A DNA stretch of 64,000 nt from Octopus vulgaris (lineage: Eukaryota), in NCBI GenBank assembly GCA_951406725.2, contig OX597823.1, positions 81,840,001-81,904,000 of the forward strand, in the 5' to 3' direction. Both the position numbers and the translations under genes were made by a program. Shown here in pieces: positions 50,893 to 63,991 of this stretch. Position 1 is the first letter of the stretch, and each line of letters opens with the position of its first letter. The notes beneath the pieces were generated by a model that ran no database searches, was not told the DNA's origin, and worked only from the letters and a program-made list of their open reading frames with translations.

Positions 50893-51111
50893 TCTTTCTC
50901 CAATCTCCATTTCTCCAGTCGTCAATTCTTAAGTAACGAGGAAGAAAAATGGCGAATAGTGAAGATGGTTTTCATATTCATGATTTTTTCCCCCGGGGAA
51001 TATAGATGCTTAAATAGACGAAGTGAGAGAGCAACACATGAAATATACAAATAAATAACAATAATTTTGTATTAAAAAAAACATAAAACAGTAAAGAAGA
51101 AATCCCGTTTC

Positions 51112-51183
51112 TTCCCATGCCGGGAATCGAACGCGGGCCACCTGGGTGAGAGCCAGGTATCCTAACCACTAGACCACATGGGA
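51112..51183 (-). tRNA. tRNA-Glu(CTC) variant
   Basis: CCTGG-CTCTCAC-CCAGG; one T-stem mismatch. Confidence 0.82.
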
Positions 51184-51543
51184 TAACCATATGCCAGCAG
51201 TAACAATTACTGCATTTGCTGTTAGCTGCATTGTTGGCGATTATTATTACATTGTGTCCGCCGTTGGAAAACAAGTATACTAAATATAAAAAAAGACTTT
51301 GACATATCTTTATTGCTAGACACAGCCTCATTCTGCAGTTGAAGACATTTTACTTAATTAGATTACGATTGTTGAAAAGGCATGAATCTAACATGATCTT
51401 CTATTCCTTTCAAATGAGGTGAAATCAGATTACATCCATAATGTGATTCAAAAGTGAAAACCGTTTTGTTATTTGCAATAACAGAAGGAAGAAATAGTGT
51501 TACACAAAAATACCACTGCAAACCATATCATAAGCATTACATG

Positions 51544-51615
51544 TTCTCACACCGGGAAACGAACCCGAGTCGCCCGAGTGAATGCCTGGTATCCCAAGCA
51601 CAAAACCACATGGAT
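51544..51615 (-). pseudogene. Decayed tRNA-Glu copy
   Basis: Collinear over 72 nt with many substitutions. Confidence 0.6.
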
Positions 51616-51692
51616 ATGTCTGACGTACACGTCTGTAACAGAGTAATTATCAAAGCTATTGCTTGCGTTGTCAACAACTGTCATTGCTGCTG

Positions 51693-52022
51693 TTGAGCGG
51701 TCCGGTCCAAGCGGTCCGAAACGTGGTCCTATGCTATTCTTAAGATCCGCAGAAGAGAAAGCAGGTCAACTCCCGACACCGAGAGCACCGACGGATGGAT
51801 GAATGCGCATCCAGGCTCAGCGGTTGCGTAGGAGACAGGAAAAAAGAGTGAGAGAAAGTTGGGCGAAAGAGTACAACAGGGGTCGCCACCACCTCCTGCC
51901 GGACCTCATGGAGCTTTAGGTGTTTTCGCTCAATAAACACACACAACGCCCGGTCTGGGAATCGAAACCGCGATCCTCCGACCGCGAGTTCGCTGCCCTA
52001 ACCACTGGGCCATTACTCCTCC
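51693..52022 (-). mobile_element. tRNA-Arg-like SINE (family C, tail type 1)
   Basis: A/B-box head; 16-bp TSD ACTGTCATTGCTGCTG at 51677-51692 and 52023-52038. Confidence 0.88.
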
Positions 52023-53190
52023 ACTGTCATTGCTGCTGATTGCTGGCGTTATTTTCACTACTGAAGAATCAAGTGTTTTGTTACTTCGACAAAGCTAAAA
52101 CTCTTGAATAGCAGTCAGCCCATGAACTTTGCCGAAATACTTTAACCAGGTACTTATTTCGCATCCAACATTTCCCCCAACAATAAATAAATGAATGAAG
52201 AGATAAAAATTATAAAATGTTTCGAGAGAATTTAGTTTGCAAAATTCTAGACACATGAGGTGAATGAGATTTTGTAAATTTGTTATACTAGTAATAAATT
52301 CGGGGCTGAAGCTGACGTGGAGTGGATAGGTCATGTCATAGAAGAGGTCACGGATGGTGGTGAAAGTACTACACTAGAGTTTTAAATCTAGTCGAAAAAC
52401 AAAAATCCAAAATAAGAAAAATTGAAGTGGGGATAGTACTGAAATTTTAATTAACTAATTATGGAATATTACTTGTAGAGCTTGTCTGATCTTTTACAAT
52501 ATAATCATAACTCCAGTGGTGTTTCAGTCTAACTGGAATCTATCAACGGAGCATAAAGTATCCATTACCGCAAATCTGAGAATGACTAGGGAATTATTTC
52601 AGCTTTATCTTCTGAGAATGAACACAGAACTTTGTTAACATCCTAGATGTTAGACACAAACAAAGAAATAATATGGAGGGACAACCAGATAAATGCAATA
52701 AGGGAAGAAGAAAAACAACTTAGAAGCATATCTTCATGGCTAGAGTTTCAGTTTGCAGTTGAAGGGATTACACTATAATAATACAAGGCTGAAGTGTTTT
52801 GTAAAGGCATGGGTTTCACCACAGCTTTCATCCCTTCTAGATGAAGTAAAACCAGGATACTTACACAGCAAAGAAAAACAAAAGGAAAATAAAGACATTA
52901 AGATAAAACTGTTCTGATAATTGATTTAAATATAGATCAACCGCGGGGCATAAAAATGCCTTATCAATTCATAAAATGTGAGAATAAATAGAATACATTG
53001 TCTTGTACAGGAACTAAATTTAAAGCACTAGAATAGACTTAAAGTAACAAACTCAGAATTGGTAGTAAGGAGATCTAATCTACGAAACTGACTGAAATGC
53101 TTTCGCTAGCTATCACTTACGCATTACATATCCCGTATTTCCAAGAGATATAGATAAATAAATGAATAAATATATAAGTAATAGTTTAAA

Positions 53191-53547
53191 TATAAGAGAG
53201 CGACCACTATGTGGTCTACTCTAGCACTAAAAATAGATCCATTGGGCTTCATCCACATAAAAATGTCTCCGGTGAATATTAGCGCAACTACTGGTGCAGA
53301 CAGGGCAAATAAACATAACAAAAATTCTTGCCCTGTCTGCGCCAGTAGTTGTGCTAATATTCACCGGAGACATTTTTTATGTGGCTGAAGCCCAATGGAT
53401 CTATTTTTAGTGCTAGAGTAGACCACATAGTGGTCGCTCTCTTATATTTATATATAAAATGTATGAAAATCCGGGTTTCTTATATGCACTAAGCCACTAG
53501 GTGTTAAATGGATGTACTATTACATTAGTATAAAAATTTCTCACCCT
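53191..53547. mobile_element. Hairpin-plus-tail insertion with 16-bp TSD
   Basis: ~122-bp near-perfect inverted arms spanning 53187-53450; TAAGTAATAGTTTAAA at 53175-53190 and 53548-53563. Confidence 0.85.
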
Positions 53548-53812
53548 TAAGTAATAGTTTAAAATATTTAAACAGCAATATAAAGCGCATTACAAATTGA
53601 AAAACAAAGAAGATAGATTTCGAAAACATCCAGATTTCTTAATTTCTACTAAACATCGGAGATGATATCTCGATTGTTAGAAACAAAGCAACGCCATTGT
53701 TGGATGCTTGTATGAAAGCAAGGCCCCAATGATATGCATAGTATTGCTAGTTGTATGAAAACTTGATAAAATTGACTTAAGGAGACAATATATACCGAAA
53801 AAGGTAAAAACA

Positions 53813-53884
53813 TTCCTCCGCCGGGAAATGAAACCGACTCACAGGAGTTAGAGACCGGAATCCTAACTATTAGACTACATGGGA
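53813..53884 (-). pseudogene. tRNA-Glu-derived pseudogene, anticodon position CTA
   Basis: 72-nt collinear copy with broken stems and B box. Confidence 0.65.
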
Positions 53885-54486
53885 CAAGCGAGAAATGTGT
53901 CAAAAACTTACTATTCTATAAAAATATATTAATTGATAAAAAATAAAAAGTTTTAAGTGGTACAGCAATGCACTATAATTCAAGCGAACTACAATACTCT
54001 CATATTAATTGATGTTAAAACCTCAATGATACGAATAGCCAATTTCTAAAACATTCATTCTAGTTTCAAATAAATAAATGACTGGTAGTGGGAGACAACA
54101 TTGAAATGTAAATCATACATGGAATATAGTCAAGAGGCGACAACTCCAGTCTTGTTTCGGTCTGATTGGGCCTCCGCACGCGAGTACAGATTGATCGTTA
54201 TTGCAGATCTTAGAATAACAAGTATTCAAGGTTTGATCTTTGAGAATGAACACAGAGTGGCGTTAGCATTCCACTTGTCAGAAACAAAGAAAAAAATTCA
54301 GATTGAATCTAAATGGAAAGCAAGTACACCACAGAGATATGTCTTCATTGCAAGACAAATGAAAGATTTTTCATTTTAATTATATTACTACGACGGTTTT
54401 TGTAAAAGCATCAATTGTCATCATTCTATTTGAGATACAAATTGATAATGAGGAATAAAAAAATAGCTATACCTAAGCAGAACAAT

Positions 54487-54559
54487 TTCCCATGCCAGGA
54501 ATCGAACCTGGGACCGCCTGGGTGAAAGCCAGGGATCTTAACCACTAGACCACATGGGA
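54487..54559 (-). tRNA. tRNA-Glu(TTC) variant, 73 nt (possible pseudogene)
   Basis: 1-nt insertion and four substitutions versus consensus. Confidence 0.65.
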
Positions 54560-55510
54560 CTGTCAGATATTTTTACTTATGATAATTATATATTTCCTCA
54601 CGACGTGTCATACATTTTAATTGCACGTCACTACTTTATTTTCACCCATCAGTAAGTCTCTTGAACAGAAGCAAAACTGAGATCTTAGAAAATATTTCAA
54701 TCTACAAACTAGAAGTCCTATTCATTTCCCAATTGGTTTGAAATATTTTCTTCAGTCACTCGTTCCTGATCAATGTTTCAGTTTACTACTAAATAACGAA
54801 AGAAAATCGCTTATTTCCTATGATCGATTTAGTATTTATAGGCCTGCTTACGTAGTTCTGTAATGGTGAAAATGTCCCGCGTTCGTATTCAGCTTTCAAA
54901 ATGAATTATTTGTGACACAAATTTTTCATGAGTATTTGTCATAGTTGCTGACTGTACTTGCATTATCTTCACTATGTCTTCAAAGCAAGACATAGTTTGA
55001 ATCTGCAGGTGAAAGAATTTTACTTTATGCTACTACGATGATTTTGTAAAGGCATTTTGTAAAGACGAATAAAACCGAATAAGATACACATCGTTGCTAT
55101 TATGCAAAAGCGTCAGAAAGCGAAAAAATAGTTTCGCCTTTCCGTTTCTTTTTACATTAGCAACAGTTCCAGCTTAACAATAATATTTTGTTCAGTGCAT
55201 AAAATCGTAACTCCATGCATGTATGATATTTTCAGTGAGAAATATTTTTGCAAAACTGTCGTATGTGAGAATTACTGCACTTTTGAAAATTGCTAAACCG
55301 TTGTACTACACTTTGACAGTTTTCATCTGATGTAGCTGGAGATACGACAGTTCGGCGAAAAGAATCTGCTATTGTAAGCAAAGTTACATATTGAAAAAAA
55401 AAAAAAAAAAACGAATTTAGCCAAATTTGGACATACGGCAGTTTAACATAATAGCAACGAAATGGATTACAAGGGAGAAAAAAGCTATACCAAAACTTGC
55501 GCAAAATACG

Positions 55511-55582
55511 TTCCCATGCCGGGAATCGAACCCGGGCCGCCTGGGTGAAAGCCAGGAATCCTAACCACTAGACCACATGGGA
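55511..55582 (-). tRNA. tRNA-Glu(TTC), consensus
   Basis: Identical to consensus. Confidence 0.96.
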
Positions 55583-56146
55583 CTGCATGGCGTTTTATCT
55601 TATAATAGTCAAATATTTCATCAGCAAGTATAATAGGCTTTGATTGCTGGTCGTTACATTATTTTCACCAATCTGTATGTCTCATGAACAGAAACAAAAC
55701 TAAAACCTTAGAGGAGATTTGAATTCACAAGCTGGAAGATAGTAATTAAATCCTTTTATCTCCCAAATGGTTTGAAATATTTTCTTTTGTCACTTGTTTC
55801 TCATCGACGTTCCAGTTTACTACCAAATAACAAAAGAATTTAAACAAAATCGCTTGTATGCCATGATTGATCTCGTTTATTATCTTGTATTTATAGATGT
55901 GCTTACATAGTTTTGGTAATGGGGTCAATGCCTTGAGCTCTTATTCAGTTTTCAAAATGAATTAGTTCTGACACGAATTTCTCATGAGTATTTGTCATAG
56001 CTGGGGATTGTCCTTGTATTATCTTCACTCACGAATCAGGACAAGTAGAATATTATATTTTGCCAAATAGCAAAGCTAAGAAACAGCTTCTGATTTGAGC
56101 CCCCAGATGGTTATAGCAAGCTGTGGATCTATTGAATTTCCCAAAA

Positions 56147-56422
56147 GGCATTCTTTCGATATAACTCGACAAAATCAAAACACTTCACTTCGGGTATTTC
56201 TGTGGAAGCAAATGACAGTTCGATTCTGTTTTCTGCTTGGAAATTTGCAGATTTTACATACACACATGAAATAGGTAAGAACAAATATGCAAGGCTGTTT
56301 TTTTTTTTCAAGTTTAAAATGAGACATTGCTGGCATAATTTCGTTATATCTATACTCCACAGTCCACGAAAATACCCGAAGTGAAATGTCTCGACCTTGT
56401 CGAGCTATATCGAAGGAATGCC
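56147..56422. mobile_element. MITE, same family as 31692-31963
   Basis: Collinear sequence; flanks TCCCAAAA / CCCCGAAA (decayed TSD). Confidence 0.85.
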
Positions 56423-56642
56423 CCCCGAAATACTGTCACCTGTCACCAGTTGTTGAATAATAAAAAAAAAAACTAACGGAAAGTGAAATACATGCATAGC
56501 AAAGAGGATAAATGACAAAGAGTGAAAGTGGTCTTGATATTCATATTTTTCCAAAGGAATGTGTACGTTTGGAATTTACCAGCAAATAACTGAAAAATTT
56601 TGAACTTAAAGTTATAATTCTCAAAAAAAAAAAGTTATTGCA

Positions 56643-56714
56643 TTCCCATGCCGGGAATAGAAACCAGGCCACCTAGATGGGAGCCAGGAAACCTAACTGC
56701 TAAACCACATGGGA
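56643..56714 (-). pseudogene. tRNA-Glu-derived pseudogene, anticodon position CCC
   Basis: Acceptor stem intact, B box mutated. Confidence 0.7.
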
Positions 56715-57252
56715 TAACCAACTGCCGCCTCTCACAGCAACTCATTCAAACAAAAAAAAAAAAAAAAAAGAAAGAAAAATGCTGCTTTTCTTTTTGCCTA
56801 TTTGTAATTGTCAATGATAATTATTACATTGTGTGGAAACCAAGTTGACTAAAGAAAAAGATCTGAAATATATCTCTGCAGGGGGAGACATTACACCTTC
56901 ATTAGACAAAAAAAAATGTTTGAAAAGCATGTCTCTTATAGCATCTTCTAGACGTGGTCAAATTAGGTTACTTACAAAAAGTGATGAATAGTGAAAATTG
57001 TTTTTAATATTTGTAATGAAAAAATGAAGAAATAACGTTGCACAAAATAATCATTTCAAAGCAAACAACAAAAGTATTTGTTTTCACAGCGAGAATTAAA
57101 CTCGGGCTACCAGGGTGAAAACCAGTGAGAATGTCAACAGCTTGGGGCTATAAAAAAGAACTTATTAAAATTCTTCATATGTCATCAATCGCAGTCATAG
57201 TTCCTGACTGCTGGCTGTTGTATCTCTCATGAAGTGAAGCATGTCGATTATT

Positions 57253-57468
57253 AGAAATGTTAGCGCGCCGGGCGAAATGCTTAGCGGTATTTCGTCTGCT
57301 GCTACGTTCTGAGTTCAAATTCCGCCGAGGTCGACTTTGCCTTTCATCCTTTCGGGGTCGATAAATTAAGTACCAGTTACGCACTGGGGTCGATATAATC
57401 GACTTAATCCCTTTGTCTGTCCTTGTTTGTCCCCTCTATGTGTAGCCCCTTGTGGGCAATAAAGAAAT
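57253..57468 (+). mobile_element. SINE family B
   Basis: Reverse complement of the 41370-41600 sequence. Confidence 0.82.
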
Positions 57469-57723
57469 ATATTATCACATTGTATCCGCCAACACAGGAA
57501 CTAAATTTAAGGTTCTTGAATAAAGTGACAAAATATGAATTGGTGCTAAGGATACCAGACCTACGAAACTGACTGAAATTAATTTCACCAGCCACCAGTT
57601 ACACACCCAATTACACTTTCGCCAGCCACCAATTATGCCTTACAAATAAATAAATGAATGAATAAATAAACTCCAGTCTTGTTTCGGTCTAATTGGGCTT
57701 CCTCACGAGAGTACAGTGTGACC

Positions 57724-58106
57724 GGAGGCGCAATGGCCCAGTGGTTAGGGCAGCGGACTCGCGGTCATAGGATCGCGGTTTCGATTCCCAGACCGGGCGT
57801 TGTGAGTGTTTATTGAGCGAAAACACCTAAAGCTCCACGAGGCTCCGGCAGGGGATGGTGGTGATCCCTGCTGTACTCTTTCACCACAACTTTCTCTCAC
57901 TCTTACTTCCTGTTTCTGTTGTACCTGTATTTCAAAGGGCCGGCCTTGTCACTCTCTGTGTCACGCTGAATATCCCCGAGAACTACGTTAAGGGTACACG
58001 TGTCTGTGGAGTACTCAGCCACTTACACGTTAATTTCACGAGCAGGCTGTTCCGTTGATTCGGATCAACTGGAACCCTCGTCGTCGTAACCGACGGAGTG
58101 CTTCCA
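57724..58106 (+). mobile_element. tRNA-Arg-like SINE (family C, tail type 2), full length
   Basis: GGAGGCGCAATGGCCCAGTGGTTAGGGCAGCGGACTCG...GTTTCGATTCC head; TSD ACAGTGTGACC at 57713-57723 and 58107-58117. Confidence 0.9.
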
Positions 58107-58520
58107 ACAGTGTGACCGTTACTGTAGATCTTAGAATAATAAGACAAGTATTCAAGATTTGATATTTGAGAATGAGCACAGAATGGGTTTAAGGTTCCAC
58201 ATGTTAGAAAAAAAAACAAAAAAAACAAATTCCGTCTGAATCTGGATAGAAACCTAGTTTAGTAGACTAAAGGGAAATACTTAGAAATAATTCCCCAGTG
58301 CAAGACACAGTTTCAATCTGCAATTGAAAGAATTTCATACTACAACAATGACTTTTATAAAGGAATCAACCTCAAAACAACTTTTTCTCATTCAGATGAA
58401 GTCAAAGGAATCAACTTACACAACTTGGGCGAAAAATATCACGAAAAGTGAAGTATCTTCGATATTCGATGTAAGATATAAATGGATAACGAGGGATAAA
58501 AATGTTATGATCGAAACATG

Positions 58521-58583
58521 TTCCCAAGCCGGGAATCGGACCCGGGCGAAAACCAGGTATCCTAACCACTAAACAACATAGGA
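58521..58583 (-). pseudogene. Internally deleted tRNA-Glu pseudogene
   Basis: About 9 nt missing around the anticodon 3' stem. Confidence 0.7.
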
Positions 58584-58890
58584 ATGATTAGCGCGTAATC
58601 TTATAATAATCATATGTTTCGTTAGTGACTGCCATAACAGTTCATTGCTGGTCGTTAAATTATGTTCACTGATGAGAATGTCTCTTGCAAACAAGCAAAA
58701 CTAAAACCTTAGAAAAGATTTCAATTTACAAATTAGAAGTTAGTAATTAACGCCTTTCATCTCACAAATAGTTTGAAATAATTTTTTAGTCACTTATTTC
58801 GCATCTAAAGTTTCAGTTTACTTCCAAATAGCAAAAGAAGTTAAAGGAAGTCGCTTGCATCTTATAATTGATCTTGTTTATTATCTAGTA

Positions 58891-59236
58891 CTAGCAGTAT
58901 TGCCCAGCGTTGCTCGGGCTTGTTTTCTTTTTGTCCCTATAGAATTGGAATTTTTGAAAAGTAAAAATTTTGCATTATGTAGCTTGTTATTCTCTTTAAG
59001 TGAACATTTTTCTGGTTGAAATACAGCGAAAAATGACGACACAGCAGTCAAAAAATCGTAGAAAATTGGGATTTTCATAGAAAAAAAGCACCGATTTGAA
59101 TTTTTTCTTCTACGGAAGGAAGAATAAGCCTCTCATTTTTGGTCAACTTGCGCCGCAGGGTCTCGGAGGAGATAGTGTTAGGTGAAGGCTACAAACCTGC
59201 CATACACAGACAACTTCAGCTTTATATATAGAGAGA
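58891..59236 (-). mobile_element. Non-autonomous Helitron-type element
   Basis: TC...CTAG on minus strand; empty A|T site visible in the paralogue near 63361-63372 (tctagta|tttata). Confidence 0.85.
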
Positions 59237-59924
59237 TTTATAGGCTGTTTACATAGTTTTAGGAATGGTGATAATGCTCTATGTACGTATGCAGTTTGCG
59301 AAATTAATTATTTGTGGCACAAATCTAGATAGACCACAGAAATAGACTCTTCTTATTTTAACATATTGTGAGCAAATAGAGGACGTGAAACCTCTTAAAA
59401 ACCATTTCAAATCGATGTCTGAAAGATTATGGAAATAAGTCTCACTTAAAAGACCAAATATACATAATTAGCCGGTCACTACTCCGATCAAAATGTATAA
59501 ATGAGGATTTCACATCAGGAAATTCTATGTAAACATCTGAAGAACTTTCAATTGTAACGTTGCCACATCTTTCCGGCCAGATTTTTCCGCACTATAAAAA
59601 TGAGACCATTATAAAACCACACAGAGGATAAGAGATTGTGAAGTAGCAATACAGGAAGCTCAATATCTCACGTTGTTCGACAACCAGACTTGCCAGTAAT
59701 GAAGAATATGCAGCAGGAATTGCCGAAAATTTCTCTAAAGCTTGTCAAAAACGCATATTAATTAATTAATTCATTCATTCATTCATGCACGCATACACTC
59801 TCTTCCTCTCGACATATACTGCTTTTTCATGTCTACACAATTAGAGAATCAGGCCACAACTACACCACTGTATAAAAGTACTTTCTGCCGTACACCTGTC
59901 GACCGCCGAGTCCAATACAAACAA

Positions 59925-60330
59925 TTAATAATATATAATAATAATAATAATTGTGTACAGTGCTCAGGTGCACTACAACTCATCTAAAGTGTATATATAA
60001 TCAGGTGTAGGTTCGGCGGATTTCGGAAAGCATGAGGGCCTTAAAGGATGCAGTGTCATGGCAGTCAACAACTGATGCAGGCAGTTTATTCCATGCTTCA
60101 GCAACTCTGAGCGTGAAAAAATGTTTCCGAAAGTCATGGGAGCTGTGTTGTTTTCTGACTTTGTAGGCATGTCCACGTGTGTTAGACACATGGAGATCAA
60201 AAGGGTGTTCAGTGTTGTTGTTGGTGAGGTGGTTGATAACTTTGTGGGTGTTTACCAAGTCCGTCGCCAGACGCCGGAGCTTCAGTGAATCCATACCCAG
60301 GGAAACAAGGCGCTCAGAATATGGTACATA
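59925..60330 (-). mobile_element. CR1/L2-group LINE 3' fragment
   Basis: YSERLVSLGMDSLKLRRLATDL...TRGHAYK...FFTLRVAEAWNKLP; short 3' UTR ending in (ATT)n. Confidence 0.85.
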
Positions 60331-60844
60331 TGAAACATATCGAAACAAAATCTCACTTCCATGGAGTTATCTCATTGTTAGTGAGATTTCTTTGCTAACT
60401 ATATATATATATTATATTAACCATCATAAAATGTATTTTGAAAAGTGTCGATCTTTCACAGTTGAGGACTGTTATTGCATTATCATTACTCACCAAGTGA
60501 GACGAATAGAGTGCAGCGTATTGGTAACTAAGAACTAGCTTCTGGTTTGAGCTTCCAAGCGGTAATAGTAAGCTTTGGAACTGTTGATCACTAGGAAATA
60601 TTTTCCCCAGTCACCAGTAGCAGAGGAAAGGAAACAAAATAGTGAAAAGTAAAACACACCCAAAGGAAAGAAAACAAACGATGAATAGTGGTGATGGGTT
60701 TCGTATTTATATTTTTCCAAGGCAATATGTACATTTAAATCGATGAACTGAAAGAAGATTTTTTGAAATTGACTAGAAAATAATCGAATGATTTTGCATT
60801 CAAAGTTGTCGCAATTCTCAACATAGCATTAAAAAAATAAAACA

Positions 60845-60916
60845 TTCCCACGCCGGGAATCGAACCCGGGCCACCTGGGTGAGAGCCAGGAATCCTAACC
60901 ACTAGACCACATGGGA
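60845..60916 (-). tRNA. tRNA-Glu(CTC), intact
   Basis: All stems pair; CTCTCAC loop; downstream T-runs. Confidence 0.93.
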
Positions 60917-61569
60917 GCGCATTGCTGCACATGTCTTAAAGAAGAACATATAACAGTTATTCTTATGTCATCAATGACTATCACTGTTACTGATTGCAGG
61001 CTGTTGTATTATTATCGTTCATGAAGTGAAACTGGTAGAATAGTTTTGCAGAAAAACTAAATTTAAAGCTTTGCAATTCTCTTCAACTGATAAACCAGGA
61101 ATTTGTACTAAAGACATCTAATCTACGAAACTGACTGAAATAGAAATTGAGTAAAACATATTCTTCAGCCATTAGTACGCTTCCAGCATTTCCAAAATAA
61201 ATGAATGAATAAATAAATAAATAAATTATTGTTTAAAATATTTGAACAGCAGATAAAACAAACAATACAAAGTGAAAAACAAAGAAGACAGCTTTTGTAT
61301 CACATTTGTCCATTTCTATTAAAGGTCGGAGCTAATATGCCACTTGCTGGAAATAAAGGCAACCCCATTGCTGGATGCTTGGATGAAAGTAAGGTCGAGA
61401 AAATATATAGTGTTTGTGGTTGTATGAAAACTTAGTTATGAATAGGGCGCAAGTACACTTGATACGTAGTAAGAGAAGATATTTTAATTAATTGATGTTA
61501 AAGCCTCAATGGTACGAACAACTCATTTCTAAAATATTTATTCTAGTTTCCAAATAATAATCTTTTCTT

Positions 61570-61956
61570 TTCTCCTCTAGGCACAAGGCCCAACATTTTT
61601 TTTGGGGGGGGGAGGGGGACAGTCGATTAGGTCCACTCCAGTACGCAACTTGGTACATAATTTATCGACCCCGAAAGGATGAAAGGCAAAGTCGACCTCG
61701 GCGGAATTTGAACTCAGAACATAAAGACAGACGAAATACCTATTTCTTTACTACCCAGAAGGGTCTAAGCACAGAGAGGACAAACAAGGACAGAAAAACG
61801 GATTAAGTCGATTATATCGACCCCAGTGCGTAACTAGTACTTATTTAATCGACCCCGAAAGGACGAAAGGCAAAGTCAACCTCGGCGGAATTTTAACTCA
61901 GAGATACCGCTAAGTACTTTGCCCGACGTGCTAACGTTTCTGCCAGCTCGCCGCCT
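61570..61956 (-). mobile_element. Nested/tandem SINE family B
   Basis: Same two-part arrangement as 41270-41610. Confidence 0.8.
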
Positions 61957-61988
61957 TAGTTTCCAAATAATAATAATAATAATAATAA

Positions 61989-62544
61989 TGCCCTGATGCA
62001 GTACCAGGCAGTGGCTCTCATGGCTTCTGATCTTAACTGATTGGAAGTGTTATCATGTACATTGTTTTGTCTTGGTATAAAAGATGGGCTACAGCAAATA
62101 TTCTGCTCAATACCACAGATTTGCTTGTCAGTTGTTTGACCTTAACCAGTTGAGCATGTCCCTTCTGTGGCTGACAATATGTGCATCTCTGATCACGAGT
62201 AGAAGTAGTGGGGGAGCATCATAGCCATGTGTTGAGAGGGATTCTTTGGGGTTTGAATAATTCACCTCTGGAAACATGGGTGGTTCTTTCAACATCCTTA
62301 AACAACCCTTATTCAGGGACCTTTTGAGCGGGATGGGCTACTCAACCTGAAGAAAATTCTAACTGGGCCCCACCTGCAAGGTCATGTGCTGTTTATCTTG
62401 ATATGAGATCACCATGTCGCGCACGTATGGTTGTGATGCATGTGCCTGGTGTACCCTTATCAGACGGGTAGTCATGATGGGTATATTGGGCTTCGTATAT
62501 TTTACCCCAGTGTCACTTTGATGGCATGAACTGCTCTCTCACTC
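61989..62544. mobile_element. Unclassified ~555-bp insertion within (AAT)n
   Basis: Higher-GC segment bounded by (AAT)n at 61966-61988 and 62545-62656; absent from the paralogous module near 54060-54090. Confidence 0.6.
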
Positions 62545-62660
<116 letters not shown>

Positions 62661-63139
62661 CTGGGAATGGGAGACGGCATTTAAAATGTAAAATATGTAT
62701 ATGGAATATAGTTGGGAGGCGACAAATCTGTCTTGTTTCTTTTTGACTGGGCTTCCACAGGAGAGTGCAGTGCGGCCATTATTGCAGATCTTAGAATAAC
62801 AAGACAAGAATTCAAGATTTGCTTTTTGAGAATGGACACTGAGTGGCGTTAACATTCCACTGGTTGGAAACAAAGAAACACATTCAGATTGAATCTGGAT
62901 AGAAACAAGTGAAATACACTAAAGGAAAATAACATAGAGATATGTCTTCATTGTATGCCACAGATTCGATCGGCAGTTGAAAGAATGCCACCTGAATTAT
63001 ACCACGACAATGATTTTTGTAAAGGTATCATCAACCGACATCGTGGACGAATAAAATCGCTTTGATAATCGACGTTAGATAGACATGGATAACGAGGCAT
63101 AAAAATACAATACGAAAACCTGAAAAAAAAAAGAATACG

Positions 63140-63211
63140 TTCCCATGACGGGAATCGAACCCGGGCCGCCTGGGTGAGAGCCAGGAATCCTAACCACTAG
63201 ACCACATGAGA
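63140..63211 (-). tRNA. tRNA-Glu(CTC) variant
   Basis: CTCTCAC loop; 5' TCTCATG; one T-stem mismatch. Confidence 0.8.
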
Positions 63212-63927
63212 ATGCTTTATGGCTACGCTTAACTTATAGTAGTTACATATTTCATCAGGAAGTGTCATAGGTTTTGCTTGCTTGTCGTCACATTATTTCC
63301 TCAGTTATCAAAGAACAAAAGAAGTTTAAGAATGCATCCTATGATCGATCCTATTTAATATCTAGTATTTATAAACTTGGTTACGTGGTTTTGGGAATCG
63401 TGACAATGCCTTGGATTCGTATTCAGTTTTCAAAATGAATCATCTGTGACACAAATTTTTCATGGGTATCTATCATAGCTGCTGTGGGATGAGGTTCAAC
63501 TCATCCCTACAGGGTAAAGAAAAAGGTCTGGAATATAACTCAGAGACAAATATTCAAGATTTGATCTTTGAGAATGAACACAGAGTGGTGTTAAGATTCC
63601 ACTTGTTGGAAACAAACAAATTCAGGCTGAATCTGGATAGAAACGAAGTTAGGTATACAATTGGGAAAAAATAATTCCCCACTGCAAAACAAAGTTTCAA
63701 TCTGCAGCTGAAAGAATTTCACTTTAAGTATACTACGACGATGACTTTTGTAAAGGATCCAACCTCAGAACAACTTTTTTCTCTTTTAGGTGAAGTCAAA
63801 GGAATCAGACTACACAACTTGGGCAAAAAAAATCTTAAGAATTTAATATCGCTTTGATATTCGTTGTGAAATATAAATCGATAACGTTGCATAAAGGTGC
63901 TATACTCTAAACGTAAAAGAAATCACG

Positions 63928-63991
63928 TTCTCATGCAGGTAATCGGACCCGGACCACCTGGATGAAAGCCAGGAATCCTAACCACATGGGA
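63928..63991 (-). pseudogene. Deleted tRNA-Glu(TTC) pseudogene
   Basis: D-arm deletion between the two ACCAC repeats; B box mutated. Confidence 0.7.

Noticed and set aside
53813-53884. Functional amber suppressor tRNA
   Set aside because: Acceptor, anticodon and T stems and the B box are all disrupted
59330-59920. Possible plus-strand LINE ORF2 fragment adjoining the CR1 tail
   Set aside because: Only weak peptide hints with many stops; not enough to call
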